From Spizellomyces punctatus DAOM BR117 (Eukaryota), in the NCBI GenBank assembly GCA_000182565.2, contig KQ257456.1: DNA of 64,000 bases; one strand, 5' to 3'. Shown piece by piece: positions 46,339-58,721 of the stretch. Under the pieces are notes generated by a model. The model was given only the letters and a program-made list of their open reading frames with translations, ran no database searches and was not told the origin of the DNA. The position numbers were made by a program, and so were the translations under genes. Each line of letters opens with the position of its first letter. Positions within the stretch are counted from its first letter, which is position 1.

Positions 46339-47666
46339 CTACTTCGTATGGGCTAACCTCTTTGACACATCTTCCCAAAGCGGTATGCTTGGCATAGCGC
46401 CTTCCCGCTCGCAAGCCATGCCTCCTGCCGCAGTCCCCATCTTCAACGCAAGCCGGATAACATCGGCATCCAACAAAAGCTCTGATGCTGTTCGTGTTAT
46501 GTCATCCGAGAGGGATCTCACTAGCGATGCAACGAAATACCCAACAAACGTGTCTCCCGCCCCCGTGGTGTCCACCAAGTGCACACCAGGGAGGGCAGGT
46601 GAATGGTAGGTTTGTACTTGTCCTTTGGTACCCCGGACACAAGCGACAGCCCCGTCCCCACCGAGAGTAACGATAGCAATTTTTAATTTTTCCAAACGTT
46701 GCAAAAGGAGTTTCACTGCGTGTCTCGCTGTTTCCAGCTCGGTTGTATCTTGGCTCTTCTCCATGTGCGAAACATCAAACTGTGCTGCCAGGGAGCTGGC
46801 CTCTGATGCATTCAGAACGAGCACGTCCACATGGTTCAACTTGAACCGCTGCACAAAGTCTGATGGACACGGTGCTGGATTGCAGACAACAATCATGCCT
46901 GTGAAATTCAGCTCCATTATGATGGTGTGAAAAAAGATTACAATCATTTCTTTGTCGATCCTACCTTTCTCGGCAGCTTTTTCGACGACTCGATTCGCTG
47001 CGTCCAGATTGATCTCATTCTGCAGAACGACCCAGTCCCCACGGTCAAAGGATGCTATCGCACGATCTGCATCATCCAACGAGATGGCATGGTTTGTTCC
47101 TGGCAGGAGCACGATAGCATTATCGTTGTCTGCAGTGCTGACTTGAATAATGGCCCGACCACTCGGCTGAAAGCAGGGAGATTTGAATCAATCCTTGCTT
47201 TTCGGCACACCGCACAAGGTTCACTTTTTCACCTTTTTGTCATCGACGGTCAGCAGATCTGTCTTGACACCATGTGATCGCATCAGGTCTGAGACCCACA
47301 CGCCGTCCTTTCCAATCCGGCCCGCATGATGGACATCTACGCCTGCCTAACCATTAGAATGTGTGATAATGTGTATACACTTTTCGCCTGAGCTCCGCGT
47401 ATTTTAAACTTGACAGCCAACCTTTGCGAGCGCTACACTTTGATTAGCACCTTTCCCTCCAGGGTGTACTTTGTATTCGGAAGAGGAAATGGTTTCTCCT
47501 GCCAACCGTGCGGTGTATTGACAGTCAGATTCAATGACCTTGTCAAAAATAAAGCACATGGACGTGGGTCTCGGCTCATGAACTGATTCGCACCTGTCAA
47601 CACAATATGGGGAACCATAAATACATCGTCGACGTTCACAGAACCGAAACAGAGAACGCGGGACAT
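46339..47666 (-). CDS. RBK1: Ribokinase (PfkB family)
   Basis: FGSVNVDD, PGGKGANQSVALAK, GRAIIQV, LQNE, NPAP, NASEA, VTLGGDG, VDTTGAGDTFVG. Confidence 0.9.
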
Positions 47667-47835
47667 GTTGCCGAGTGTTGGATGTCATTTGGGCGGATGG
47701 GCGTTGGAATCGCTGTTCATAAGCGACGTGGCTGTGGAGGCTTGGCTGGGCTCTTCCCGCTTGGGGTTTCCGCCAAGCTTATTGTTGGAGCTAGTCTACA
47801 TGAACTATAGTGACGGCTAGTAAGTTTGTAGGCAT

Positions 47836-49179
47836 TCAAGGTTCAATTTCTATTTGGAAATTGCCACCAGTGATAGCCCGGGCGGATTCTGATTGTATTA
47901 AAGCACCATTCTCCGTATTCTCTGCTGATGCATATGCCTGTACGTCTCTGTCAAGTTCCAAAGCTAATGTTGACAGGCGGCCTTTTAATTGAGCCAGATG
48001 TTGTTGGTCTGCTTCAGCGCAATCCACTTTAAGCTCACTGTCATTTGCAACCGTTTCCTCTCCGGAGACAGTTGCCTCCTCTGCCTCCACACGCAGCTGG
48101 TCAACATAATCTTCAAGTGCCGCCCTCTGTGCTGCCTCAATGTCAATCATATTCCTCACTTCACTCAACTCCATATTTGTGGCTTGAGCAGTCTCCACCA
48201 GCCTTTGCTCTTGTCCTTCAAGCTGGGCATTGATCTCCTGTAGCCTCCCCAAGCGCACCTCAAAGAAGGACAGCTCTTCCTGTAATCGAGTACTGTCCGA
48301 ACTGGTGAGAGCCATTTCACAGCGCCCAAGAGCCACTTTCTCGTTGAGTGCCGTCAGTTCTGCAAGAAGGCTATCGGTTGCTGATGCGGATAACAGTTGC
48401 GCTTGTCTTGCCAACATCTCTTCTTCCAGCCGCCGTCGGTCTTGTTCCTCCATTTGTAGTTTTTTCTGCCGCTCTAATTCAATTTCTTCTTCAAGCTTAA
48501 GCGCCTCGTGTTCCAACCTCCTCCGTTCCTTTAATTCGCGATCCCTCATCACGGCCTCTCGGGTCTCTGTCGTCCAGGGACCAAGGGGATAGTTTGCACA
48601 ACCAATATGATCAATGTAGTATACAATGCCCCGCTCAGTATCCAGATATTCCTCCCATCCGTAAGGCAGTTCGTACTCGCATATCTCAAGAATGTCATGT
48701 TTGCGCGTTGCAAACGTCCGGGGATCTATCCAGGAGCAGGTTTGAAGGGCCGAGTCTGCGTAATATGTGCGGTTCGAACGTTTTGGGTCTACAAAAGCGG
48801 ATATATGCGACGGCAATGGCCCGAGAAACTCTGGGGTTTCCTTTGCTCGTGTTATACTTGTCGGAACATATGATTCCAGGGAAATAGGTGCGATTTCTGG
48901 TGCAATATTAATGACACCACTGCCATGCGCCAGCTGTGAATGAGGCACATAAAACGATATTTGGGCTGGCACTGCTGGGTGGGAAACAACTGGCCCTTCC
49001 AAGGTTGTTTGCGTTTTGCTGGGAATGGATGGTATGCATATCGTCACTTGCGGTGGAAGGAATTCTTGGTTCGGAATGGCCACTGTGCCTGCCTCCATTG
49101 GCGCAACAGGTTCGGAAAATGACTGCAAAATCGCCTCAAAAACTCCGATGCTGATGACATACAATGTATCACGTGTCAT
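47836..49179 (-). CDS. Tandem WW domain + coiled-coil protein
   Basis: GPLP...TYYAD...SWIDPR and ELPYGWEEY...YYIDH, followed by a long E/R/L/Q heptad region. Intronless. Confidence 0.75.
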   Translation of the reverse strand: MTRDTLYVISIGVFEAILQSFSEPVAPMEAGTVAIPNQEFLPPQVTICIPSIPSKTQTTLEGPVVSHPAVPAQISFYVPHSQLAHGSGVINIAPEIAPISLESYVPTSITRAKETPEFLGPLPSHISAFVDPKRSNRTYYADSALQTCSWIDPRTFATRKHDILEICEYELPYGWEEYLDTERGIVYYIDHIGCANYPLGPWTTETREAVMRDRELKERRRLEHEALKLEEEIELERQKKLQMEEQDRRRLEEEMLARQAQLLSASATDSLLAELTALNEKVALGRCEMALTSSDSTRLQEELSFFEVRLGRLQEINAQLEGQEQRLVETAQATNMELSEVRNMIDIEAAQRAALEDYVDQLRVEAEEATVSGEETVANDSELKVDCAEADQQHLAQLKGRLSTLALELDRDVQAYASAENTENGALIQSESARAITGGNFQIEIEP

Positions 49180-49567
49180 GGCTCTTCACACTTCATTCTG
49201 GCGATCTCAAGTAAAGGGCAAAAGCAAGTAGAAAACAAACAGTTCAAGAGCGCAAAAGGCCCAATGAACATCTGCATAGAGCAGGGTGGGGTCACTAGGC
49301 ATCAATCTCCGTCCATCAGGAGGACATTGGGGTTGGAAGCGAAGGCGACGCACAGTGTTTTGCCAGATGGTTCTATGGGATAAATCAAATGGGTTGTTGA
49401 GATGAGGAGGATTGACACTTGAGGGTGATGCAAAACAAACCCATTATCGATCGCGCGCTTGCCCTTTCCACCCATGCTGCATCATAACCAACCATCCATG
49501 CCATCATTTACACAGCGCGGCCTAGCGAGAAGGGAAGTGACGCGAAAGGTCGCGACTCATCCGTAAT

Positions 49568-49632
49568 TTTCGAGAAAGTTCACGCCTTGCGGGCTGTTCT
49601 CAGTGCCGTCTATGCTGGCCTCAAATATAAAA
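49568..49632 (+). promoter_or_regulatory. Heat shock element + TATA box of the Hsp20 gene
   Basis: Perfect nTTCnnGAAnnTTCn (tTTCgaGAAagTTCa, 49568-49582) and TATAAAA at 49626-49632, upstream of the sHSP ATG. Confidence 0.8.
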
Positions 49633-49763
49633 GACCAGCGAATGTTGGGGACTCTCTTCACTTCAATCAACAGTTGAAACACTGCAAACTCTCAAGTTCA
49701 CAGTAGCAACTTTGCAAGCTTTTCGTTTTCCCAAACAATATCGACTTTCTAAATCCCGCAACG

Positions 49764-50321
49764 ATGAGCTACTTTTTCTTGGACACCGACCCGTTCTTTA
49801 ACGACCCTTTCTTCCGCGACCCGGTGGCATCTGTATTTGATAGCTACGTTCGCTCTCGTCTCCCGCCCGTCCTTGCACTCGGCGATGCCCAATCTTCGAA
49901 TCAGAACCAGGAGGGGAACCGTCAGGTGGCAACAACCGAGCAGAACAACAAACAAGTTTCCACCGCGCCACGCCGCGGACTAGACGCCTTCTTCAGAGGC
50001 CCTCGTCTGGATGTCACGGAAACGGACAAGGAATACATTATTAAAGCTGACGTGCCCGGCCTCGCCAAATCCGATGTGCAGATCCATGTTACCGACGACA
50101 CTTTGACATTGGAGGGCGAGCGCAAACAAGAACACGAGGAGAAGACCGATCGCAAACATGTGGTCGAAAGGTCCTACGGCAAGTTCTCTCGCAGCATTCG
50201 CCTGCCTCCTGACGCTCAGGCCGAGAACGCCAAGGCTTCACTTGAAAACGGTGTCCTGCAGATCTCTCTTGCCAAGAAGCAGCAGCAGAAGGAGGAGAAG
50301 AAGAAGATTGAAGTTCAGTAA
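49764..50321 (+). CDS. Small heat shock protein (Hsp20/alpha-crystallin)
   Basis: PRLDVTETDKEYIIKADVPGL, LTLEGERK, ERSYGKFSRSIRLP, ASLENGVLQISLAK. Confidence 0.96.
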   Translation: MSYFFLDTDPFFNDPFFRDPVASVFDSYVRSRLPPVLALGDAQSSNQNQEGNRQVATTEQNNKQVSTAPRRGLDAFFRGPRLDVTETDKEYIIKADVPGLAKSDVQIHVTDDTLTLEGERKQEHEEKTDRKHVVERSYGKFSRSIRLPPDAQAENAKASLENGVLQISLAKKQQQKEEKKKIEVQ

Positions 50322-51200
50322 AGAGGGCATGGAGGTGCTTTTTAGGGACAGTTCTTTCATAGTTCATTTGTAACATTAGTTGGCAGTGCTCAAATGTATA
50401 TTTTTGTTTTATGACGTGAGATTGCACAATATATTCGATATCCAGATATTTTGAAAATGCTTGACAGTGCCCAACTTCACTGATTTCACATTTGCTAAAT
50501 GGCTCGCCTCACGCAGAACTCAGAAAGAAAACGCATCAGCAAAGCTCAAACCTGCCGTTACTTTGGCGTTCTGAATTGGACTTCCTGCTGCGGCCGTCAT
50601 GCTGCTTACGTAACGCGCGCGATGAGTTTCCCGACGCGGCCAGAAACTTCCTTCGGCGGATATCTGACTTCCCTGTCCGCTCAACTGAGCTTCTGTGTAG
50701 AACCAAAAGACAGAAAAATCTCGGCGTCAGCAGATGCTTTGGGCTCAAGGGTAGTGAGACGGTGATGACGATCTCCATTCTCCTGTCTCACGGTTCCCGT
50801 CCGGTTCCGCACATGTAACAACGTCAGGTTTGACTTTCTTGCAGGACAACAATGGGCAGTGCGTCTTTCCTGTACATTTGCCATTATTACGTACGCCATA
50901 TGATGCAGGAAGTTTCCAAATACCCTTGTTGTTAGGCTGTGCTTCCCATTGGAACCTTGCACCGCGTGATATCCTTCACGCCGTGCGGGTTCCCTTGGGC
51001 TGAGATAACCCGCAGACCTTCCCAATAGAAACATTTCGACTTTCTAAATGTACCTCGGCAGTAAGCATAGTACGTCATTGCTGAAATCCTATGGTGTACC
51101 CGCCATACTATAAAATGGGCCCCCATCCATGTCTGCGGCCATGTCGTCTTATCGCGATAGTTGTACTGCCAAAGCACCTCCCTGAAAGAAAGCCGCGACT

Positions 51201-52544
51201 ATGGCCAAGGAGATTTCTTGTCTTTGCATTCTCTATATGCTTCTTGCCTTAAGTGGCTCGGGTTATGTTCATGCATTGAAGCTGGTGAACAATTTCAATC
51301 AGACATTGGCGAAAGGCGGAACAAACTTTGCAGCGGCTGATTTGAGAAGTCTGCATAATTTATTGCGCACGTATGCACAGCATTCATTTGTTTATAAATT
51401 CTATCCCTTACAGGCGGACTTTTCTACGACTACAAGTTGAATATCAATACGTCGACGAACATCTACAAGGTTAACGTTCGACAACATACAGTTGCTGCAC
51501 CCAAAACGACCAAGTGGAATAGGACGTAGGTTGCATACCGATTGGATATAAATCATCCTCTAACTACGTCATCCATCACAGATATTCCGAGAATGCAACG
51601 TCCTATTATCCAAACTACATCGTTGGCAAACCTGGTAGTGACCTGTACGAAATCTCAATCGTAACTGTGGGTGGGTACTTCACCATAGTTTGCAGTTCAA
51701 TGTTCCTGCTATTTACACTCTGCCAGGCAACGATTCGTCGATTGCAATACGCCGCTTCAATAATACCAGCGGTAAAATCACTTACAGCTTGAAAAGATCC
51801 AACAGCTCGTGTCCTGTACCCGTCTCGGCCACTGGTGTTGTCGACCCTAATTCGGGTGACCTCTTTGTCGTTGCAATGTGTCGATACGCGAATCAAGAGG
51901 CAAATTATACAAGGAATTTCCTGTTCATTGAGCGCATCAACAAAACTGGTGGACTTGTTCGCCGGAGGACCATTCGCCCTGTCTACGCTTCAGCCGCATA
52001 TGCTGCCATAAACCCTGTCGGCGACCGTCTCTACATTGCAGGCTACAAGTACGATAATACCTCTCATGCCGGAGCTCCATTCCTGGCGTCGTACAAGACA
52101 CGAACACTTGCTCAAGTCAGTGCTCCGACACTCCTTCAATCCGGAAAATATTCAGTTTTGACATCCCTGGCGGTTGACAATGACGGCAACCCTGTCGTTT
52201 CCGTCAATGCCGCAAGCGGAGCGGACAACATGCTATTCAGATTCAATGACAATGGCAATCAAACCCTTGCCAATACAACCACACAACTTGGCGATATCAA
52301 ACTGGTAGCGGGCCGCGAAGCTTTGTATTCATGTGGAACTGAATTTGAGAGCGAGGGTCCAGTCTATCTGACGGCCCGCAACTCGTCCAATCTGAGCGAA
52401 ATTGCCAAAGTGAAGGTTCCGAATACGGGATCGTGCAGGTTTATTCAAATGGACAAGCTGAACGTTGAGGACCAGGACGAGGTGTCCATCGCCGTTGTTG
52501 ACAGGGAAAAGCCCTCGAAACTACGCAAGTACGTTCTGATCTGA
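51201..52544 (+). CDS. Secreted beta-rich (propeller-like) hypothetical glycoprotein
   Basis: Signal peptide, many NxS/T sites, and blade-like segments (AAINPVGDRLYIAG, SLAVDNDGNPVV). One junction near 51645-51695 needs a very short intron or a frameshift. Confidence 0.5.
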
Positions 52545-52808
52545 TGAAAATTGAAGAGTGTGTGGCGTTCCGCGCGGGCGTTAGTGAGATGTTTTCATGT
52601 AAAAATGAAGTGTTATAGTTTCAAAGTGTTCCTAAAGTATATATTGTAAAAAGACAGTGTGCATCAAACAACGATGCTTTCCCGTTTTTGTTATTGTATA
52701 GCAAGGACATCTGACGGAGGGACGGGTGTGGCGCAAAGGTGACCAAGGCGCTGTTGGCATGTCCATGTTTGCGTCGCAGCGTCCTCGCGGCATGCGAAAT
52801 TTGGATGA

Positions 52809-53498
52809 CTAAGAGCGCTCGATCCCTATCCATCTGCGATTCACAGTGCACGACTCACGATGGCCTTTTAAATCTCCAGGTCCATTTTCCACAGTCTCGC
52901 CGCAACCCGGACATACAATCGAATATATGGTACTATATGGAACTAGATACCCGGCACAAGAATCATATCTCAAGTTGGTCTGGTACGTTGCGAGGTTGAT
53001 GACTGTGGGTGAGACCACAGTGTTTGGCAGCGCGCAGTTATGGGTTCGGAGGAGGTCTGAGTCGGGGAAAAGGGTATAGCACGTTTTACAATCAAATGGG
53101 TACAGAGCATTTACAGCATTCGACAACGCAAACATTGTTGGGGGATCGGTTACATGAGGCTAGGTTTGGAATAAAACTTTTTCAGATCATCTTCTCTCGA
53201 CGACCATCTTTGTCCCTACAAGATCAAGCCTTCTTCAATGTACCTTGCAATGCTCTTGCATTTGGCGCCGCAGTGGTGGTTTGGGGCATCTTCCGATCCT
53301 TAAGCATAGAGACGTGCCGATTACAGAATTGTCCTCGCGCGGCGGGGGATGATAAGCGCAATGAACCACGTAATGCGGACACTCGGTATCGACGTGCTTC
53401 ATAAGTTCTTGCTTACTTGCGAACGCAAAACAATTTGAAGACAGGTATTGCGTAACACCTTCTGTCAAATGGATATTCTCCCAAGAACTGCCAGACAA
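52809..53498 (-). pseudogene. Fragmented Cys/His zinc-finger (TRAF-type-like) relic
   Basis: LMKHVDTECPHYVVHC...C...RRQMQEHC, CKTCYTLF...LLRTHNC and CPGCGETV...LKGHRESC lie in separate short ORFs broken by stops. Confidence 0.4.
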
Positions 53499-54623
53499 CT
53501 GAGCAACATATCGTCACGGTCATGCACACTGCTTTGCAAGCCACACCATTGTCGCTGAACCGTTTTGGCAGCTAGTTCGCGCAGAGACAGAGGAGTATCG
53601 GGCGGGGTTGGAGTGAAGCCATGCTTTCGAATATCCATTGGGCAATAGAGACGGCGCTTGGAGCATATTAATTGGTGATCCTGGGACGTAACGGCTTAGT
53701 CTCACTGCTGCTGGGGAACAACTGGTCTTCTTCCTCATACTTCGAAATCCTCTTCAAGTACGCTTGCTTGACACACACATCTCTTTGACATGTTGGTGGC
53801 GGGATCCAATGCGGCGACGACAAAGCCGTGATGAAGTTGTATTATGTAAGCAATATACGCCAGCTGTTTTACTCGGTTGATACCGCCTGAACGCAATCCT
53901 TACCAAGTGGGGAGTGCACCGGTCAACTCGATCTGGTTATACAGCTTCTGTCTTATTGCAGCATAGACTGCAGATCGTACATCAATTTGTAGATGCGGCA
54001 TCCATGTCGCAAAGCCAATATTGTCTGTCAAATATGGTTACATTCTTTGAGGTTATACTTCAGAACAAACTTGTCCTGAGATCGCAGAGTACAACAGTTA
54101 TATCACTCGAGAGCTGAGCGGTTGCTCATTACATGAGCATACCGTTGGGATCATATTCCTGCTCGATGAAAATGGAAACAACTGGCCGCCCGGTGACACA
54201 TGAATTGCATGATGAAGCTACGACTTCACCTGAATAGCGCAAAACTAGTGCAGGAGTTCGTCCTAGATGCCAACTTTTAGGTGCATGCCATAGGGTGGCC
54301 ATTCTCCTCGTTGAAATTCGTTCCAGAAGCTATCGCTTTGGCCAAGCATCACCACATAACAGAGTTGGTGGATTAGAACAGGCTTTTTCAACATCTCGAG
54401 TCAGTTCATCTTGTGGGGTCTCAAACGTTCATTGAAACCTATCTGCATATAAGTAAAAATGTACCATTGCTTCTGGAATCCCGAAGCGATTAGCAGTGCG
54501 AGATGAATGTCATGAAAAAACCAGACGACGTTTCGATACACAAGGTATTGCGCTCACGTTTCAAAAACTTCAATTAACTACAGACACTGTAAATCCATAG
54601 ACTTGTAATACCATTAAGCAATG

Positions 54624-55160
54624 TTATGTGGAAGACTCTGCATTCTTGTAACAGCGATATTTAGGACACTATGTGCGGGCCATGTTAGTCCAATAACACA
54701 TGGAGAATGAACCAAACCTCTTAACTCACCGGAGCAACAAAGCAAGCGATAGGATACCGCTCATCCACACATGTATCTCCGGGGCCGCAAGGATTATCTA
54801 CACATGTTATGTGAGTTCGGTCAGGTGCTGTATAGTTCGGGGTCCCAGTGGGCTGAGAAGACCCGCAGACTTCTCGGCAGTCTTCGATGCTCTAAATTAC
54901 AGAGACAATAAGCATTCCAGCGCTCATAGTTCAACCATATGAGAAGCTACACTTTTACGTACATCAAATGGTACTGAACCTTGGCAGCCACCCCATGTAA
55001 ACTCTTTGCATGTTCCTTCCGTTTGGTCAAAGTAATACCGAAGGAAACGTGCTCTGCATGGCCCAATTTCGGGTTTTTGGAGACATGGGTCTGGGAGCTC
55101 TGCGGACACCAAAGCTTGTGATATGAGCGCAACGACAACGCTGAAAAATAGAGTGCGCAT
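54624..55160 (-). CDS. Secreted BPTI/Kunitz serine protease inhibitor with C-terminal Cys-rich module (~134 aa, 3 exons)
   Basis: Exons 55160-54963, 54891-54730, 54668-54624. Signal peptide; CLQKPEIGPCRARFLRYYFD...CKEFTWGGCQGSVPFDSIEDCREVC (6 Cys); then CVDNPCGPGDTC...CFVAPCPKYRC. Confidence 0.88.
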
Positions 55161-55484
55161 TCCGTCAATCGCTGATAATAATGCGGAAAGGAAACCGTTC
55201 GAAAGGCCAGCGCGGGCGCCCTGGATTTGCTAAGATGGCACAGTCACATGACCTACAGCCCCAACCCACGCCACGGACGCGGTTCCGTCGTCGTCGGCTC
55301 TTTGACACCATCCTTGCAAAGAAATTAGTGCGGAACTCGTACGCCTTTTGTTCGTCGTTCGTCAAAGAACGCAAAGTCGCCTTTCCACCGCTTGCTCGTC
55401 ACAATGGTTGTGGCTGCAGATCCTTCGGTATTGCGGGGTAGGCAAGGTTCAGTTATTGGTATAACGGACAGATTTTGACTCTAG

Positions 55485-58400
55485 ATGGTTGCCATCTTAG
55501 GAATTCCGGAATTCTTTGAAAACGAGCTTGGGGAATGTCTAGTTGCGAGAACAGAGTCGCTATGTAGGCAGGGGTCTCTAGCCTTTTAGTTAGTTGGTGG
55601 AAGTTTAATGGTCCCCTCCGTACTTTCCAGCGACATTCCGCGAGCTTGGTCCACCTGATCTTTGTCATATCGTGAAGACAAATCCCAAAACTCAAGTCAA
55701 GGATGTGGGTATTGACTCTCTCTGGCTGTATTCATAGGTATACTGATACTGGAGCTTCTTAATCATGTAGATCGGGTCATATCACTATGCGCTTGGAACG
55801 GATGCCAGGTATGTATGGCTTTGCGATCCGTTTACTACTGGTCATGACGCTTGATTGATGGCCTTTACTGTCTCATGTAGCTCTTCCGCAACACTCGCTG
55901 CGTACCTTAATTCCCTGACGTATTCGATTGTTAGTGGATGCATTTTATGGCTGATTATGCCACAAATGCTGACACGCGATTCTCATTCCGCTAGGGATCC
56001 ACGGCTGGCAAGGCGTCTCCCTGGAAAATAAGATCTGGCACTTACTGCTGCTACAATGCTTTCTCCAGAGTGGACGTTCGGGTGGAGGTCAGAATTCCAG
56101 GAGGTGTAGACGCGTACGTTGTAGACATGCGCGGGGACCGGTATGCACGTCTGCACAAGCTTTTTGGTAGGTCTGATGTTCGAATTACTCATGCAACATT
56201 CCCCTTTCTAGACACCCGATCGAAAATCCAGCCATGTGGCAGGAAACACACGTATCTGCAGTCTTACGTACCATTTTGGATGACAATGATGAACCAGACG
56301 GCAATGATGGTGAACCGCTGCTGGGGTTGAGAAAAATCGATCCGCTTCCTACCCTGGCCGCGGAGAAGCGCTTTCTGGAAGCTGCGGCTGGAGAATTTTG
56401 GAAGGGTGGGTGTGCTCGGAGTAGTTGGTTACTGCGGAGTTGGGGGCAGGACTGACATATCTGGATGCAGGTTGGCAGCTTGGCACCGCTCCAGAAGTGC
56501 AAAACGCGACGTTTTGTAGCAATCATTTGACAAATGGAGTGATGAAGTACTTCACCGAAGCCGGACGTCCAGGGGAGGCGGCCAAGTTTTTCCAACCATT
56601 ATATGAGAAGGATGCCGAGGTCGGGGCAGTTTTAGCGCGAGGATACCTTGAAACAGGTCCGTTTATGATGTGTTGGTTATATTGGCACCCATATCTTGCT
56701 TTCTAATCAATCTTGCCGAACATAAGACGAAGAGATCAAAGCCGTGGAAGTTTTATACCAGGCGCTGAAACGCCAGCCGATGTCTCATGGGTTGCTACTT
56801 GTACAGATCGACTTTCTGCGAAACAAGGTTCGTATCATGATCTATTAGCACGACTTTCAGGAGCCTTTCGTGACATGATGACTTGTGTTCTATCAGAAAA
56901 AGTACGACATGGCGCTGAAGTTGGCAAAATTGGCTTTCACCTTCGCGCCTTCGGAATTTTGTACCTGGGCGAAGCTTACGGAGATCTATATTGACATGGC
57001 CGACTACGAATCGGTAATTTACTTAGCGGGTAGATGTTGTGGGTCGCGTGCTGATCGCAATACCTCACATTTAGGCGCTTGTGTCTCTGAACGCATGTCC
57101 CATGTTCACGTATTGCGAGCGGGATTCACACCGTATGCCACCACCTGCGAGAACCCACCTACCCTTAAAACCGGATCCGTCTACTCTAAAAGCCGATGAA
57201 GACCCCAAGAAGGTACCTGTTGGCAACGGGACGGTGTATGATGAAAATGATCCAAGGGAAAATGAGGTACTGTATTCTTCCGGAACTGCAAGATTGCAAA
57301 TGGGTTTGGGCACTTAATAGCCGCACCATGACAGGTACATCCGGAACTGCAGCGTCTTGCGTTCCTGTCCCTCCGCGGCACGTTTAGCAAAGCATATGCG
57401 CTGCTTGTGCGCATTGCGTCGAAAGTTGGATGGGATGAATTGCTACGATACAGATCGTCCGTTTTCGTCATGGAAGAGGAGTACCGAATACATCGTGCGT
57501 TGGTGGAGGAAGAGCAGAAAACCACCGAGGTGGAAGCAAAAGCGGCTTCGGAAGAAGGAAGTCCTCAGAGTGGAGAACCGAATGGAAGTGCACAACATGA
57601 AGAAGGGAAGGAGCAGCAAACCCAAGACGATGAGGATATGGTGGAAGCACAAATGGAAGCTATCAGCTTGGATGATGACTCATCACCATCAAAGCCAGAA
57701 AAAAGCAGCGAGAGGCCAATAGGCGAGACAGAGAAGAAGGGAGGGCTAAGCATTGACGAGTTGATGCGACGAACAGGAGGCGATACACATAATGAAGCTA
57801 GCAAAGGAGAGGAGGTTCAAGCACCGGTATATATGCGCGCCGTGTTCGGATACATGGTAGGGTGAGAACTTAATCTACTTACAGAATCCCAGACCGCCAC
57901 GCCATAGCATCTCCTTTAGCTTCAAAAACAAGCGATTATGTGACAAGTGGCTAGATAACCACTTCATGATATTGTACCAAGATATACGACTCTACTCGCT
58001 CTTGAAACAGGTGAGACTCGCCTATGGCACAGGCGTCTGGATACTTTAATGAACCGGCGGTATTCACGAGCGGTGGCGATTGGCAGGAAATATCGCAATA
58101 TAAGAACCAGGCTGGTGCTAATGCCAATGTCCTCTTGTACCGAAAGACTGGTGCTGAATGGGAAATATATGGAGATCTGGCGGAACGATTGGAACACAAG
58201 GTGACAATGAGTCAAACAGGAGACATTGTATGTGGCAAAACGTAACATTATCCCAATTACTATGCAGGAGGATGCAAAGGAAGCGTATAAACTGTGCCTG
58301 AGTCAAAAGTTCTCAATGAAATCGTGGCTGAAATTACTGGAAATGTATGCCGAGGAAGGGAATATCCAAGAGACACTGCGGGCAGTGGCAAAGTTAGTTT

Positions 58401-58721
58401 CTATTTTGGATCGCGCGTTTGTCGAAACTACGGTGAGTCCAGTGTTACGGGTTGATCGGAGATCCGCCAGTAACTGAAGCATACGGTATGCAGTACCCAA
58501 GTCCAATCGCGCGGAATTTGTTTAAATTGATGCGGCGGCATGGACTGGCCAAAGTGCAGAACGCCTTAATTTCAATGAATCTTCCGCAACATGAGTATCG
58601 GCTAATCACGTAAGTGTGAAGATGATCACGATGTCTACTGTTTGCGTGTCTGATATTGCGCACTTCTAGTCGCTACTTTGAGTACGCAGAACTATTCAGT
58701 GTGACTGGGGCTAAATGGTAA
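55485..58721 (+). CDS. ChAPs family exomer cargo adaptor (Bud7/Bch1/Chs6-like)
   Basis: IPEFFENELGECLVARTESL, ELGPPDLCHIVK, CCYNAFSRVDVRVEVRIPGGVDAY, APSEFCTWAKL, LNACPMF, WDELLRYRSSVFVMEEEY, KRLCDKWLDN. Confidence 0.92.

Noticed and set aside
50984-51014. gcgggt...ctgagataacccgc resembling the 5' half of a TPP riboswitch
   Set aside because: The P4/P5 half (UGAUC...UAAU...GCG) is absent and there is no thiamine gene nearby; only an 8-bp inverted repeat is present.
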